Part shown: in pieces, positions 52,686 through 62,787 of the stretch
Layout of the letters: the number at the start of each line of letters is the position of its first letter
Numbering within the stretch: position 1 is the stretch's first letter
Origin: Promethearchaeota archaeon
GTDB taxonomy: Archaea; Asgardarchaeota; Lokiarchaeia; Sigyniarchaeales; SOKP01
Direction of reading: 5' to 3'
Assembly (NCBI GenBank): GCA_030599585.1
Contig: JAUVNS010000009.1
Span: 149,233 to 213,232 of the forward strand
DNA length: 64,000 bases
Made by a program: the position numbers and the translations under genes
Notes under the pieces: generated by a model
Told to the model about the DNA's origin: nothing
Databases searched by the model: none
The model's input: the letters and a program-made list of their open reading frames with translations, nothing else

Positions 52686-53008
52686 GTCTTTCTGTAATGG
52701 TGCGAAAAACCCCCAAACTCCTCGTTATCGGATAGTAGAAGTAGCTAAAGATCACATTTAGTATGGTTTAAATAGATAGGTGAGGAATGATTAATAGTGA
52801 TTCTTAAAGACCTTCTATTGTTAGGGATTGCAGACAAAAGGCAATGTATGGTCCGGTTGTCTCTATTTTACTCCTTGTGAAGGCTTCTTGCAAAATTATT
52901 ACCATAAAAGATAATTTTTCCACAGGATAATTATGAATAAAGAATTAAATGGGGTAGTTGTATTTATAGCGTTTATTTTTGAAAGCAATATAGGCAAAAA
53001 TCCAAAGG

Positions 53009-53608
53009 GTGGCAGGCATAACGGAAAATAAAGACCAATTATTCATCAATAAACCGCCAAAAATGATTAATAGAGTGTTTATATTTTGGGACCACGCAAA
53101 CACTTTTCACAACTTACAAGAGTTAAGCGCACGAATCGATTACGATTTAGTCAAACTAAGGTTAGGTCGGAACTATCACGTAGTCGCTTCGATCATGTAC
53201 GTAGGTAAGCCGAGCTACGTATTCCCTAAAAAAGAGAAGTTTTTCAAAGCACTGGAGCACATTGGCTGGCTGATCTCTGAAAAACCGCTGAAAATCCTCC
53301 CCTCAGGTAAACTATCGCAGGAGGGAGTAGACGAGAAAATGTTCTTAGACATCTATGATTTAGCCAAGGACGACGCCTACGAAAAAGCGATAATCGTGAG
53401 CGGAGATAAGGTATTTGTCGAGGTAATCAGAGAACTAAAGAAAGCCAGCATTGAAGTAGACGTCTGGAGCTTCAGAAAGTCGCTTTCTCGGGCGTTGATC
53501 TGGGAAGCGGGTAAAGATCACATTTTCTTTCTCGACGACATCTTAGAAGAGATCAAACTCGGTCAGAAAATTAAAAAATTACCCATCGGTCAAGGATTAA
53601 ATTACTAA
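53009..53608 (+). CDS. NYN domain (LabA/DUF88) protein
   Basis: IFWDHAN, QEGVD, IVSGD..F, G/V.VWSF, F..LD motifs. Confidence 0.85.
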   Translation: MAGITENKDQLFINKPPKMINRVFIFWDHANTFHNLQELSARIDYDLVKLRLGRNYHVVASIMYVGKPSYVFPKKEKFFKALEHIGWLISEKPLKILPSGKLSQEGVDEKMFLDIYDLAKDDAYEKAIIVSGDKVFVEVIRELKKASIEVDVWSFRKSLSRALIWEAGKDHIFFLDDILEEIKLGQKIKKLPIGQGLNY

Positions 53609-53701
53609 AATTCATTCGTAACGTAATAAATCAGGTTCCAAACGATTCTCTATTTTTGGATTTGATTTTGGTTTTGATTTTGGTTGTTTTGGTTTTGGTC
53701 T

Positions 53702-53750
53702 TGAGGGAGAGAACGGCTCTTTTCTCTTCCCTCATCTTCCTTTTTTTTTT
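53702..53750 (+). terminator. Hairpin followed by T-tract
   Basis: TGAGGGAGAGAA…TTCTCTTCCCTCA then T10, downstream of the NYN gene. Confidence 0.4.
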
Positions 53751-54274
53751 CTAGTATCCAGAGATCGATTTGCGATCCAAATCAAAGTGAAAAAAAAAAC
53801 CGGGTTTAAATAGTTGCACTTAGAAACATAGGTAACTTTTTTTAGACTTTAATAGAGGATAAAGAGATGAATTGTACTCCTTATGTGTTCATAAAACCCA
53901 ATCTTATTCTATAAATCAATTCTCTCTTTATTTCTCTCGTTTTTTCTTTTCTAATCTATCCTATTCTACCTCGATATAATATGCATAAGGTCTTTCAAGA
54001 GAAATTAACGTTCGTAAACAGGATTTATTTTTTATTTTTCTTAATGACTAAGTTTTTTGAGAAAATCTCTACTTTTTTTAAACGTGAAGCTATCAGCGTG
54101 AAATCTTATTGAGTGGGGTCTTACTATATTGTTTCCTTTTGATTTTAAAAAATGGTAGCAGTTTAAATACCCGTGTTCTGAAAAAACTAACGTAGGTTTT
54201 TTACCTATTATTTGGGTATTCTATGAACCATTGGAATCGTGTTTTAAGCAATTAATTCACGAAAGGTTAATATT

Positions 54275-55093
54275 ATGGATTTAACAAGCGTTAAATATCA
54301 GGATAGTTGTATTTATATCGGTTTAGAAGGCTCTCAGGAGCGAGGAGGAAACAAGAAGTCCCTTGAGACGATTAAAAGCGTGTACGCAGTCTACAAAATA
54401 AAAGCGCACGGTAATTACGTCAGGGATACGATTCTTATTAGGAATAAAGATATTACGGTCATACGAGGAGAAAATGTCGTTAAGTTCGAGTTAAACCAGC
54501 TTCATAGACCGGAGGAATGCGAAATAGAAATCGTCTCCCTTAAAATCATCTATCTCGGGGGAAAAAGGGAAGAATTTGAGGTAAACGAATCTTATTCTTT
54601 TCTCGAAATCAGGTCGCTTCCCCCAATCGTGGCAAATAAGAGTAACTCGCTCAAAAAAAATAATAGAAATCTTCGCAAGAAAATTGCTCCTAATAGGATT
54701 TCCAAGAAAGTATTATCCATCAAAGAAGAAATTACGATATTTCCTCCTGAGACAAAAATAAGGATGGAACCAGAAGTTGTTGAAATACCTCTTAAGAAAG
54801 AAGAGAAGATCGTTCAAGACGAGATTACGGTAATAGAACCATCTACCCCGCCTTCAATTGTTGTATCGGAAGTTGAGGCTAAGATCGAGCGCAAACTAGA
54901 CGCGCAGACTAAAAAACTCGAGATGGATATAAAACAATTGTGCTACGAAACCATTGACGCTTTGCTTACTGCGTTACCTCGACCCGAATTTGCGGAGGAT
55001 TATAGTTCTTCGAACGCCATGGTACAATCTATTCACAAATATATCACCGTTGATTTATTACAAAAAGAACTAGGAGAGGGAGAATCGGCTTGA
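54275..55093 (+). CDS. Hypothetical protein, first gene of the replication operon
   Basis: 272 aa; overlaps the primase gene by 4 bp (TTGA). Confidence 0.75.
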   Translation: MDLTSVKYQDSCIYIGLEGSQERGGNKKSLETIKSVYAVYKIKAHGNYVRDTILIRNKDITVIRGENVVKFELNQLHRPEECEIEIVSLKIIYLGGKREEFEVNESYSFLEIRSLPPIVANKSNSLKKNNRNLRKKIAPNRISKKVLSIKEEITIFPPETKIRMEPEVVEIPLKKEEKIVQDEITVIEPSTPPSIVVSEVEAKIERKLDAQTKKLEMDIKQLCYETIDALLTALPRPEFAEDYSSSNAMVQSIHKYITVDLLQKELGEGESA

Positions 55094-57351
55094 ATTTCTA
55101 CGAAAATAGCCTGCAATATCTAATGAGCGACATGCTCGTTAACGCGTACGATTTTTCGATCGTAAAAGAAACAATTAAATCCGTAATGGAAAAACAACCT
55201 CGGGTGCCGTACGAGTTACTGCTTGTTATTATCGCAAAACCTCCTACGATCGAGAGTCCGTTGGTGCAACAGTTTTCTGAAGAAGGTAAAATAAAATCGT
55301 TTCAGAGAAAGGAAGTATGCCTAAAAATAAAGGACGCAATCAAAGGGGCTCTTAATAATTACTTGGAAAGCTCTTTAAACCGTTTCTCAAAAATAAAGGA
55401 TTGTTCTTCTATTAAAGTAAAAAGCAATACTCACGAGTTCAGGGTTTCAATACGCGTTCGAAATTTAGCTAATTTTTCTGCAAAGTTACTTTATTCCATC
55501 GCGAACCATTTTAACGTGAGCGTTCTGGGCTATTGCGATCAAGTAGAAGTAATTCTTTCAATTGCTCAAACGAAAGATTCGTCGCTCGAAATAATATTAA
55601 AACAAAACTTACCCGACCTCCTCGCTTCGTCGCTCTCCAAATTTGTTACTATGGACGACAAAGAAAAAGTGCTAGATTTTTTTAGGTGTCCTGAAGTAAA
55701 AGACATTTTATTTGCTCATTTCTTTCCACAAGGTTTGGAGAACGATCGCGTGCGTACGGAAATAACTTACGACACCCTTCGAGAAGACATTCCAGCTCAG
55801 AAACGGAGAACTGTTTTACTCCCTTCTGGTCATTACGAGAACTTGCACGACGCATTTACGCCCTACACTACACATCAGGAATTTTTAGAAATTATTGAAA
55901 TAAACGACATTCTAGGGTTCTATCCATCGGTAAGAACTACCAAAACCAAAGAAATAGTGACCGCAATGATCGATATCGACGTGTCTGGCTTCTTGAGAAC
56001 TGCTTTCTCGCCTTCGGTAGTCTGGGACTTGACTATATCGCTTACCGGGGAGATCGTGAAGAATTTAACTGGTTTTTTACGCCTTCCCAGACCGTTAGTA
56101 GCTTTTTCCGGGAGTAGAGGAGTTCATATCACATATAAGCTCGCCCCCGATTGCGTGAACGCCGATTTTAACTACGTCGACTTTTCGGAGCTTTACCTGT
56201 TGCCATCTCAGAAATCGCTCGCAAAAAATTCCAAATCGCTCGTTCACAACAAGTTTACGTTTATCCGAAGCGTAATGCAGGCAATTTTACTTTACACGGC
56301 GCACAACATATCTTGCGAAAAAATTCCTAAAATAATAAGAGATAGGTTAGGAATAGCAAGAATTATGGACTTGTTTATTTTATCGGTTTTTTCTCGAAAC
56401 AAGATCGGCGTTCTGCTGGACACTAGTAGCAATAACAGCTCTGTGTATCGCGTATTTTCTATTCACCCCGGAACTGGTTTAGTCTCCATCCCATTACTCG
56501 ATCCTGAAACGAAAAGAATTAATAAAGAACTTAAAACTTATTCAGCTCTGAAAGAAGCGAGCAAACCAGAAACCGTCGTAAGTAATTTAAGAGCCGGCAA
56601 GAAAGATTTGTATTCCCAATTTCCGCCCGAAATTACCAAACAACAGATTCAGTATTTACTGCGTCCCGACAAGCTTTTGCCTTACTTGTCCGTAATAGTT
56701 CGTTTTTCCGACCGATACGCGACGGAGAGAAGTCGGTGGTCCATGAAATTCTGGCTCGAAATGTACCAATTAAACAACTTTTACCACTATCTCGAGGCTA
56801 AAATGCTTTCAATCGAGCGGTCTGATAGGCGAATAGGAAAAACCTACCAAGAAATTATCGAGTTAGTGGAAAGTTCCGAGATCTCTACAAAGTATTTCGT
56901 ACGGGAATCGTTAGACGATTATTTCTTCAGAAACCTTAGTTTTAAAACGTTGAAAGCTCGCTTAGACGCCTATCACGACTTAAACTTTTACGCAAGCTTT
57001 AAGTTTACCGAAATTACGGAGTTAACTTGCGAAAGAATTGACGCTCTTTACTCTAACATTAGAGAGCGTAACATGTTTTTTCGTAAATTTGCTTCGTATT
57101 TTAACATCGCAACGGTCTTAGTAACTTACTATTCAAGAGATCGCTCTAAAATTGGACTTACCGTCAAAAAAGCCTTAACTACGCTACGGGAAGGTAGCAA
57201 AGCGTTATCCAAACAAATGCGGTCCATAATACTCGTCGATAAAGAAGATAAAAAGCTTAAGGTAAAGAAACAATTCGTGCAGGTTTGCTGCGTGTTTAAC
57301 GCACTATCAGAATTTATAAAGGAGTTGATCGATCTTACAAGATTCCAATAA
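55090..57351 (+). CDS. Archaeo-eukaryotic primase/primase-polymerase (AEP)
   Basis: Motif I MIDID, motif II FSGSRGVH, motif III LLD, followed by VYRVFSIHP.TG. Confidence 0.75.
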   Translation: MNFYENSLQYLMSDMLVNAYDFSIVKETIKSVMEKQPRVPYELLLVIIAKPPTIESPLVQQFSEEGKIKSFQRKEVCLKIKDAIKGALNNYLESSLNRFSKIKDCSSIKVKSNTHEFRVSIRVRNLANFSAKLLYSIANHFNVSVLGYCDQVEVILSIAQTKDSSLEIILKQNLPDLLASSLSKFVTMDDKEKVLDFFRCPEVKDILFAHFFPQGLENDRVRTEITYDTLREDIPAQKRRTVLLPSGHYENLHDAFTPYTTHQEFLEIIEINDILGFYPSVRTTKTKEIVTAMIDIDVSGFLRTAFSPSVVWDLTISLTGEIVKNLTGFLRLPRPLVAFSGSRGVHITYKLAPDCVNADFNYVDFSELYLLPSQKSLAKNSKSLVHNKFTFIRSVMQAILLYTAHNISCEKIPKIIRDRLGIARIMDLFILSVFSRNKIGVLLDTSSNNSSVYRVFSIHPGTGLVSIPLLDPETKRINKELKTYSALKEASKPETVVSNLRAGKKDLYSQFPPEITKQQIQYLLRPDKLLPYLSVIVRFSDRYATERSRWSMKFWLEMYQLNNFYHYLEAKMLSIERSDRRIGKTYQEIIELVESSEISTKYFVRESLDDYFFRNLSFKTLKARLDAYHDLNFYASFKFTEITELTCERIDALYSNIRERNMFFRKFASYFNIATVLVTYYSRDRSKIGLTVKKALTTLREGSKALSKQMRSIILVDKEDKKLKVKKQFVQVCCVFNALSEFIKELIDLTRFQ

Positions 57352-57376
57352 TAAAACAAATAAAAAAGAAAAAAAG

Positions 57377-58057
57377 GTGAGTACCACGAATAGTATAAGT
57401 AGTATCGTAAAAACAAAAGTAAAGACAAAAATTGAAGGATTTCAAAACTACGGAGCTCTCGGAATGAATTTTGGTCTCCGATCCGACCCAAAAGAGATTA
57501 ATCATTTAATAAACGCTATCAACGAAGTCGTTTCGAGGGCAAAAGAGGGGGACACGGTCAAGACAAGGCAGTTCGAGCTAAAAGGTAAATTTCCTCCTTA
57601 CAAATACGCTATTATAGACTTAGAAGGAGACCCTCCTAAATTCTTTGGGTTCGTTGTATCGAACCAAGTCTATCAAATTTTCGTAACAAAAACAAAATAC
57701 TTGCTGGACCTATACGAGACCGTCTGGAAAATATTAAACTTGTTAATCGATTTTTACTTGTTCACGTTTTCCAACCACGAAGCCCGGTTTTTTAAGAAAA
57801 TTTTACCGTTTAAGCTAAAAGAAGTGAACGACAAGACTTTTTTTAAGGTCTTAAAAATCGTAAACGTGCAAAAAAGGAACTTCGAAGGCTTAGTTCCGGC
57901 GTTATACAGCTTAAACGAGTGCTCCTACCACGATCCGTTGCTGAGAAACTCGAAAAATATCGAGCTCCACTTCAAAAACGGGGATTACTATCTTATTATG
58001 GAGCACAACAAGTCTTGTTTGCTCTCTACTTTAAAAATAGTTCAAAAAGATATTTAA
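57377..58057 (+). CDS. RNase H-fold (YprB/DnaQ-like) exonuclease-like protein
   Basis: IIDLEG (DxE) and C-terminal IMEHNKSCL, where the final acidic residue is replaced by Cys. Confidence 0.5.
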   Translation: MSTTNSISSIVKTKVKTKIEGFQNYGALGMNFGLRSDPKEINHLINAINEVVSRAKEGDTVKTRQFELKGKFPPYKYAIIDLEGDPPKFFGFVVSNQVYQIFVTKTKYLLDLYETVWKILNLLIDFYLFTFSNHEARFFKKILPFKLKEVNDKTFFKVLKIVNVQKRNFEGLVPALYSLNECSYHDPLLRNSKNIELHFKNGDYYLIMEHNKSCLLSTLKIVQKDI

Positions 58058-58114
58058 AATTACATTTACTGTGAGGTAAAAAAAAAGAACAAAAACAACA
58101 AGAGTAAAAATACC

Positions 58115-58951
58115 ATGATAGAAGAAGTGCCTTTGGAACAGCTTAAGATACGCGAAAATAGAATTCGAGTGGATATTGGGGATTTATCTAATTTGATGAG
58201 CTCTATGACTGCTGTAGGACAATTAAACCCCCTTACTATCGACGAAGATTATTATATTATAGAAGGCACAAGAAGATATTACTCCGCCAAAAACCTCGGG
58301 TGGAGTAAAATTAAGTGTGAAAGACGAATTGGGTTATCGGACTACAAAAAACTAATTATCGAGATAGACGAAAATTTACAGAGAAAAAACTTTAACCCTG
58401 CCGAAGAAGCGAAAGCATTAGCGTTGAAAAAAAGGGAGTATTTGAAAATTCACCCTGAATACAGACGCGGTGGAGATCGAAAGTCCGATAAGTATAAAAA
58501 AGCAAAAGAAAATCAAAATGCAAAATTTGCACTTGGGTTCGCAAAAACTCAAGCAAGAGAAATCGGCTCTTCAGAGAGAACAATAAAGACTAAAACGAAA
58601 ATCGGTGAATATATCCTCGACAAAAAGTTAAAAGATAAAACAGTGGACCAATTTAGTAAGCGCAAACTTTCCCAGCGAAAAGTACTAGAGGAGATCAAAG
58701 CAATTGAACAGGGGATTAAGAGCAAAGAAGAAGCGATTAAGTCCGCAAAAGCTCAGACTCAGACCGTACCTACTATAAAATCAGAAATTATTGTAGAACT
58801 CGAAGATGAGGAGGTAAAAAATTGTAAAGACTGTAAGCGAGGGCTCCACTTGAGATGTCCAAACTGCAAAGACGATTTCATTTCCTGCCAGTACTACAAA
58901 AATCCATATTTAAGAAGGATCAACTCGAAAGCTTGTGAAAATTACGAATAG
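58115..58951 (+). CDS. ParB N-terminal domain protein with C-terminal Zn finger
   Basis: GQLNPLTID…IEGTRRY.SA…EIDENLQRKNF; RGGDRKS; CKDC…CPNC…C…C. Confidence 0.85.
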   Translation: MIEEVPLEQLKIRENRIRVDIGDLSNLMSSMTAVGQLNPLTIDEDYYIIEGTRRYYSAKNLGWSKIKCERRIGLSDYKKLIIEIDENLQRKNFNPAEEAKALALKKREYLKIHPEYRRGGDRKSDKYKKAKENQNAKFALGFAKTQAREIGSSERTIKTKTKIGEYILDKKLKDKTVDQFSKRKLSQRKVLEEIKAIEQGIKSKEEAIKSAKAQTQTVPTIKSEIIVELEDEEVKNCKDCKRGLHLRCPNCKDDFISCQYYKNPYLRRINSKACENYE

Positions 58952-59281
58952 AGGTTGTACACAATAAAGAATAAGCGTATTTTATTTATATTTTTTTTTT
59001 AAAATCTTTTTATTTATTATAAGTGCGGAATTGAACCAATTGATAACATTTCTAAAGGGATTCTTTTTATCGAGTTTAGCTATAGTTTTCGGATCAAAAT
59101 AAGATTTGATAAGAATCTGCACAATCAAAGTGCAGCATTTCTAACAGGGACGGTAAGATATAACGATCTTTAGATTAAACCAATGCGATCCTTTAAAGAA
59201 ACCTAATGATTTTTTTCTAATATACAAATTTTTACAAAAAAATAGAATAGTAATATGATAATTAGTGAGTGAGAGAAAATT

Positions 59282-59842
59282 ATGGCTTTACCAAACAATT
59301 TGTCTCAAAATGGGTTTGGTATTAAGCTAGCCCCGTTGTCAATTAAGTTTTTAAATCTTATCAAAACTAACAACGATCAAGGAAAGCTAACTTACATTAA
59401 AGGCATTATGAATCACTTTAATTACAAAAAACACCAAGTTGTCTCAAAGTATTTAAATAAATTGGAAAACAAACAACTAATAGAAAGTCATTGGGAAGAG
59501 GGAAAACGAGTTATAGATATTACCACGAGAGGAGTGGATTTTATATACACCTTAGCGTATTCTTACCTTTCCGAGTCTGAGCAGATGTGGATTAAGAAAA
59601 TGAGAAGAGAGGAAAAAATAAAAGCTTCAAATGGAACAATACCACTAATCATCTCGGAGTTTACACAGAGTATGGTTCTGAATCAAGACGATCCTATCAA
59701 GGACGCAATTTTACGCGAATTTGGGAGCGAAAAAGTTTCAGAATCTAGTTTGGAGAACATCTGCGAGAAAATTCGTCAAATCCAACTTGAATCAAGCAGA
59801 GATTTTATTGAAAATTATCTTAACAAGAACGCCTTATTATGA
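59282..59842 (+). CDS. Winged-helix transcriptional regulator
   Basis: VSKYLNKLENKQLIES…RVIDITTRG (MarR-like). Confidence 0.75.
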   Translation: MALPNNLSQNGFGIKLAPLSIKFLNLIKTNNDQGKLTYIKGIMNHFNYKKHQVVSKYLNKLENKQLIESHWEEGKRVIDITTRGVDFIYTLAYSYLSESEQMWIKKMRREEKIKASNGTIPLIISEFTQSMVLNQDDPIKDAILREFGSEKVSESSLENICEKIRQIQLESSRDFIENYLNKNALL

Positions 59843-59903
59843 ATTATGAATCAGAACTCCATTTTCTTTTTAACTATCATTTCTTTATAATACAAATCAT
59901 TAA

Positions 59904-60664
59904 TATCAGCTACAATCGGATTTAGTTTGGGGTGAATTTTTTGTAATCGATGATTTAATTAATTTTTCAAAGCAATATAGTAAAGATATTGCACGAGAAA
60001 TAATTATCGGATCCTTAAGGAATGTCAGATTTATAGATATACCATATTCTAAGGAAAAATTAAAAATTGGGCAGTTTTATTGGCATAATGATTTTTTAAT
60101 CAACAGAAATTTAAAAAAAATACTTAAATTTGTTCAAAACGAATATACTAATTCGGATAGTCCCAAAAGGCAAAAATTCTCTTAGTAACGATGTTAAATA
60201 TCCTTAAAAATGCTGTAGATAACATTTATATTAAAAAATTTTCAAAAGAGATAATCTTTTGGTTGATCAAAGGAAAAGAGGAGCTATCAAGAGAAATAGT
60301 TGAAGATCATATTTTCGAATTTAAAAGAGGAGATATCTTAGATGCATCAACTTTTTCGCTTTCAGAAAGAATTGCAAAAATCTCGAATGGTTTGAGACCT
60401 AATTTGAATAATAATGGATTATCTATTTCAATTGTAGGATATGATGAAGATAGAAATCAGATAACACCGATTAATTTTAGTCACTACAGAGAGGAAGTAC
60501 GCCAAGAAATATATAATGGAATAAAGGAGGATTTATCAAATCAAGATTTAATAATTGGTATGTTCTTAATCAATACACAAGATGCAAATGAGGGACTGAT
60601 CTTTATTTTTGCCGTAGATACAAATTTTAGTGATAATATCAACTTTAATAATCTTTTTAGTTAA
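59904..60664 (+). pseudogene. Frameshifted protein ending in an AlbA_2/Schlafen-like domain
   Basis: Open frame 59904-60185 shifts into 60191..60664, which has EDHIFEFK…IAKISNG…IVGYDE. Confidence 0.5.
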
Positions 60665-60775
60665 AATTTTCAATCTGTTCGGAAAGATAATTGATTCAAC
60701 TCTAAAATAACTTAGATAATAATATATGATTCATAATAAAAGAATCGATATAAAAAAGAATGAATTTAAAAAAAA

Positions 60776-61699
60776 CTAGAATTTACGAGCTTTGCCATCT
60801 ATTATATCTTTGTACGGATTCCATTTATCGTAAAGCTGGATGTAATCGTTGTAATTGAGCTTGACATAACAATTGAAGTTCACATCGCTAATTTTATGGC
60901 ACAATAAGATCTTTCTATCTTCTTTTGGGCATCCCATTCGTTTTCTTAAGGTATTCAATGTTCTCCTAAAAGTATGACAAGAAATCCACTTTTCAATTTT
61001 CAAACGGATAACACAATTTCTAATATAATGATTGGTTGATCGGAGAGAATAGCGCTTCTTCTGGATGGACAGAAATAGTGCGTTAGAATCCGTTTCTATG
61101 ATCATCCTTTCCTTCATATAAATAGTTAAATACTGAACTAAACCTTCTGAAAAATAATAAATCTTTCTCCCTGTCTTTCCTTCCGTCTCTACATACCTTT
61201 TCTTAATATTCAAATTTTTACAATCTAAGTAGAGAAGCTCCCCAATTCTCATTCCTGTTTCCGCTAACAACCTAAAAAGAAGAAAATAGTTATAATTATT
61301 ATTGTACATGTAATCTAAGACCTTTTTCACTTCTTTCTTAGTCATAACAACATCTTTGTTAGATTTTGGTTTCTTATGAATCGGTTTCCATTGTATACTG
61401 TATCTGGGAATGACAATGACAAAATTATCGTAATATTCCATGATAAACTGTAAAAAACTGCGGAAGATCATCCATTTATTATGTTTGGTTTGCAGGCAGA
61501 TGGTATTCAAGTGGTTTAAGTAGTCAAAATAGTCAAGAACATCTCTTTTGGTTATATTAAATACTTCTCCGGTATAACCGAAAAATTTGGAACTGAAGAA
61601 ATATTGAAGACAGTATTTCCTCATGCTTTGAGATTGTTTGGAATGAGAAAATCGCTTCAAATAGCGATCTATGATTTCTTGATTGGTTATTCCTATCAT
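60776..61699 (-). CDS. Tyrosine recombinase/integrase
   Basis: Catalytic set: ETGMRIGE (R), EGKTG (K), HTFRR (H,R), LLCH (H), CYV (Y). Confidence 0.92.
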   Translation of the reverse strand: MIGITNQEIIDRYLKRFSHSKQSQSMRKYCLQYFFSSKFFGYTGEVFNITKRDVLDYFDYLNHLNTICLQTKHNKWMIFRSFLQFIMEYYDNFVIVIPRYSIQWKPIHKKPKSNKDVVMTKKEVKKVLDYMYNNNYNYFLLFRLLAETGMRIGELLYLDCKNLNIKKRYVETEGKTGRKIYYFSEGLVQYLTIYMKERMIIETDSNALFLSIQKKRYSLRSTNHYIRNCVIRLKIEKWISCHTFRRTLNTLRKRMGCPKEDRKILLCHKISDVNFNCYVKLNYNDYIQLYDKWNPYKDIIDGKARKF

Positions 61700-62214
61700 C
61701 TTAACGCAAACCTTCCCGTAGATGTGATTTTAAATAAATTCATGTCGGAAATGATTTTAAAGATAATGTCTTCCGCTACGTTAGTTTCTTCTTGAATCTG
61801 TCCTAGGGAGAGAGAATTGTGGTTCTCAAGCAACTGAATAATTGTTTCACGTTCCTTTGCCAATGAATTCGATTCAGCGAGTTTATGAAGATTTATTGCT
61901 ATTTCTTTCAGTTCTTCAAATGTATCTTCCCTTTTTAGCAGAGTATCTTGGTTCTTTAGGATTTCCCGGATATTTTTTGCAATTCGATTCATTTGGAGGG
62001 GATATAAGGAATTGTTATCAGTTGAAAGGAATAGTTCGGGATTCTCATGTCTCCTGATGTAGTCGAATACTATTCTTCTCATAAATTCGGAAGTGGTTTT
62101 GAAGTTCTCTTTATTGGCAAAATGTTTAATTTGCTTTTTTTCATTTGATGTAGCTGTAAATTGCACATATTTATAGGTGTATTTATTTTTACTTGGTTTT
62201 ATTTTTTCACTCAT
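61696..62214 (-). CDS. Ribbon-helix-helix regulator coupled to the integrase
   Basis: YVQF…EKKQIK.FA…TTSEFMRRIV (RHH) and a C-terminal wHTH-like tail; ATGA overlap with the integrase. Confidence 0.7.
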   Translation of the reverse strand: MSEKIKPSKNKYTYKYVQFTATSNEKKQIKHFANKENFKTTSEFMRRIVFDYIRRHENPELFLSTDNNSLYPLQMNRIAKNIREILKNQDTLLKREDTFEELKEIAINLHKLAESNSLAKERETIIQLLENHNSLSLGQIQEETNVAEDIIFKIISDMNLFKITSTGRFALR

Positions 62215-62446
62215 TCGTCTTTTTCACCGTTTTAAGAGACGCTAGGTTCAAGCCTTTTTAAATTTTATCCCAAATTTAATGAAAAAAAGATTTCATATCC
62301 TTTCATTTATGGTTAGAAAACGTAAAATATTGATTGGAGGGGGATGAATGAGAGTAACGAGAACTATTTAAGAAAACTGCATAACACCCAAATGTATTAA
62401 TGTCCCTTCTCTTTTTTAATTAATGGAAAAAGTATAGGCATATGAG

Positions 62447-62768
62447 TTATTTTCTGAGATTCTTCAAATAAGAGTTACTTTTTCCAAGTAGAATTTCGAC
62501 GCGTTTGACCATTTCGTGAGCGGCTTTATTGGTGAACGATAGTCCTCGTCTTTCCGGAACCAGCACCGGCAATAACTAGCATTGGCCCTTGAATGTTGTT
62601 CACAATTTCGAGCTGTTCTTCGTTTAAGTCCTCCTCGAAATCAACATCGTTGTATTCCTCAATTAATACTGGTTTTTCGACTTCTTCTAAAGATTTCGCG
62701 TAGTCTTCGTCGTAAAACTCAAAAACAAACTCTTCTTCGGAAGCCTCTTTTTTGTTTGTCATAAGCAA
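62447..62768 (-). pseudogene. uvrD: Truncated, internally deleted UvrD/PcrA helicase
   Basis: LNEEQ…GPMLVIAGAGSGKTRTI, then out of frame FTNKAAHEMVKRVEILLGK (motif Ia); homology ends at about 62480. Confidence 0.85.
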
Positions 62769-62787
62769 TTCTCTTGAATTTTCTTTG

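Larger units (their letters stand above)
53009..62480. mobile_element. Integrative element backbone (primase-polymerase, ParB, tyrosine integrase); left end unresolved
   Basis: Replication, partition, regulator and integrase genes are clustered next to a truncated uvrD. No att duplication was found by eye. Confidence 0.65.

Noticed and set aside
6943-62768. XPD fragment and uvrD fragment as two halves of one gene split by the island
   Set aside because: They belong to different helicase superfamilies (SF2 versus SF1).
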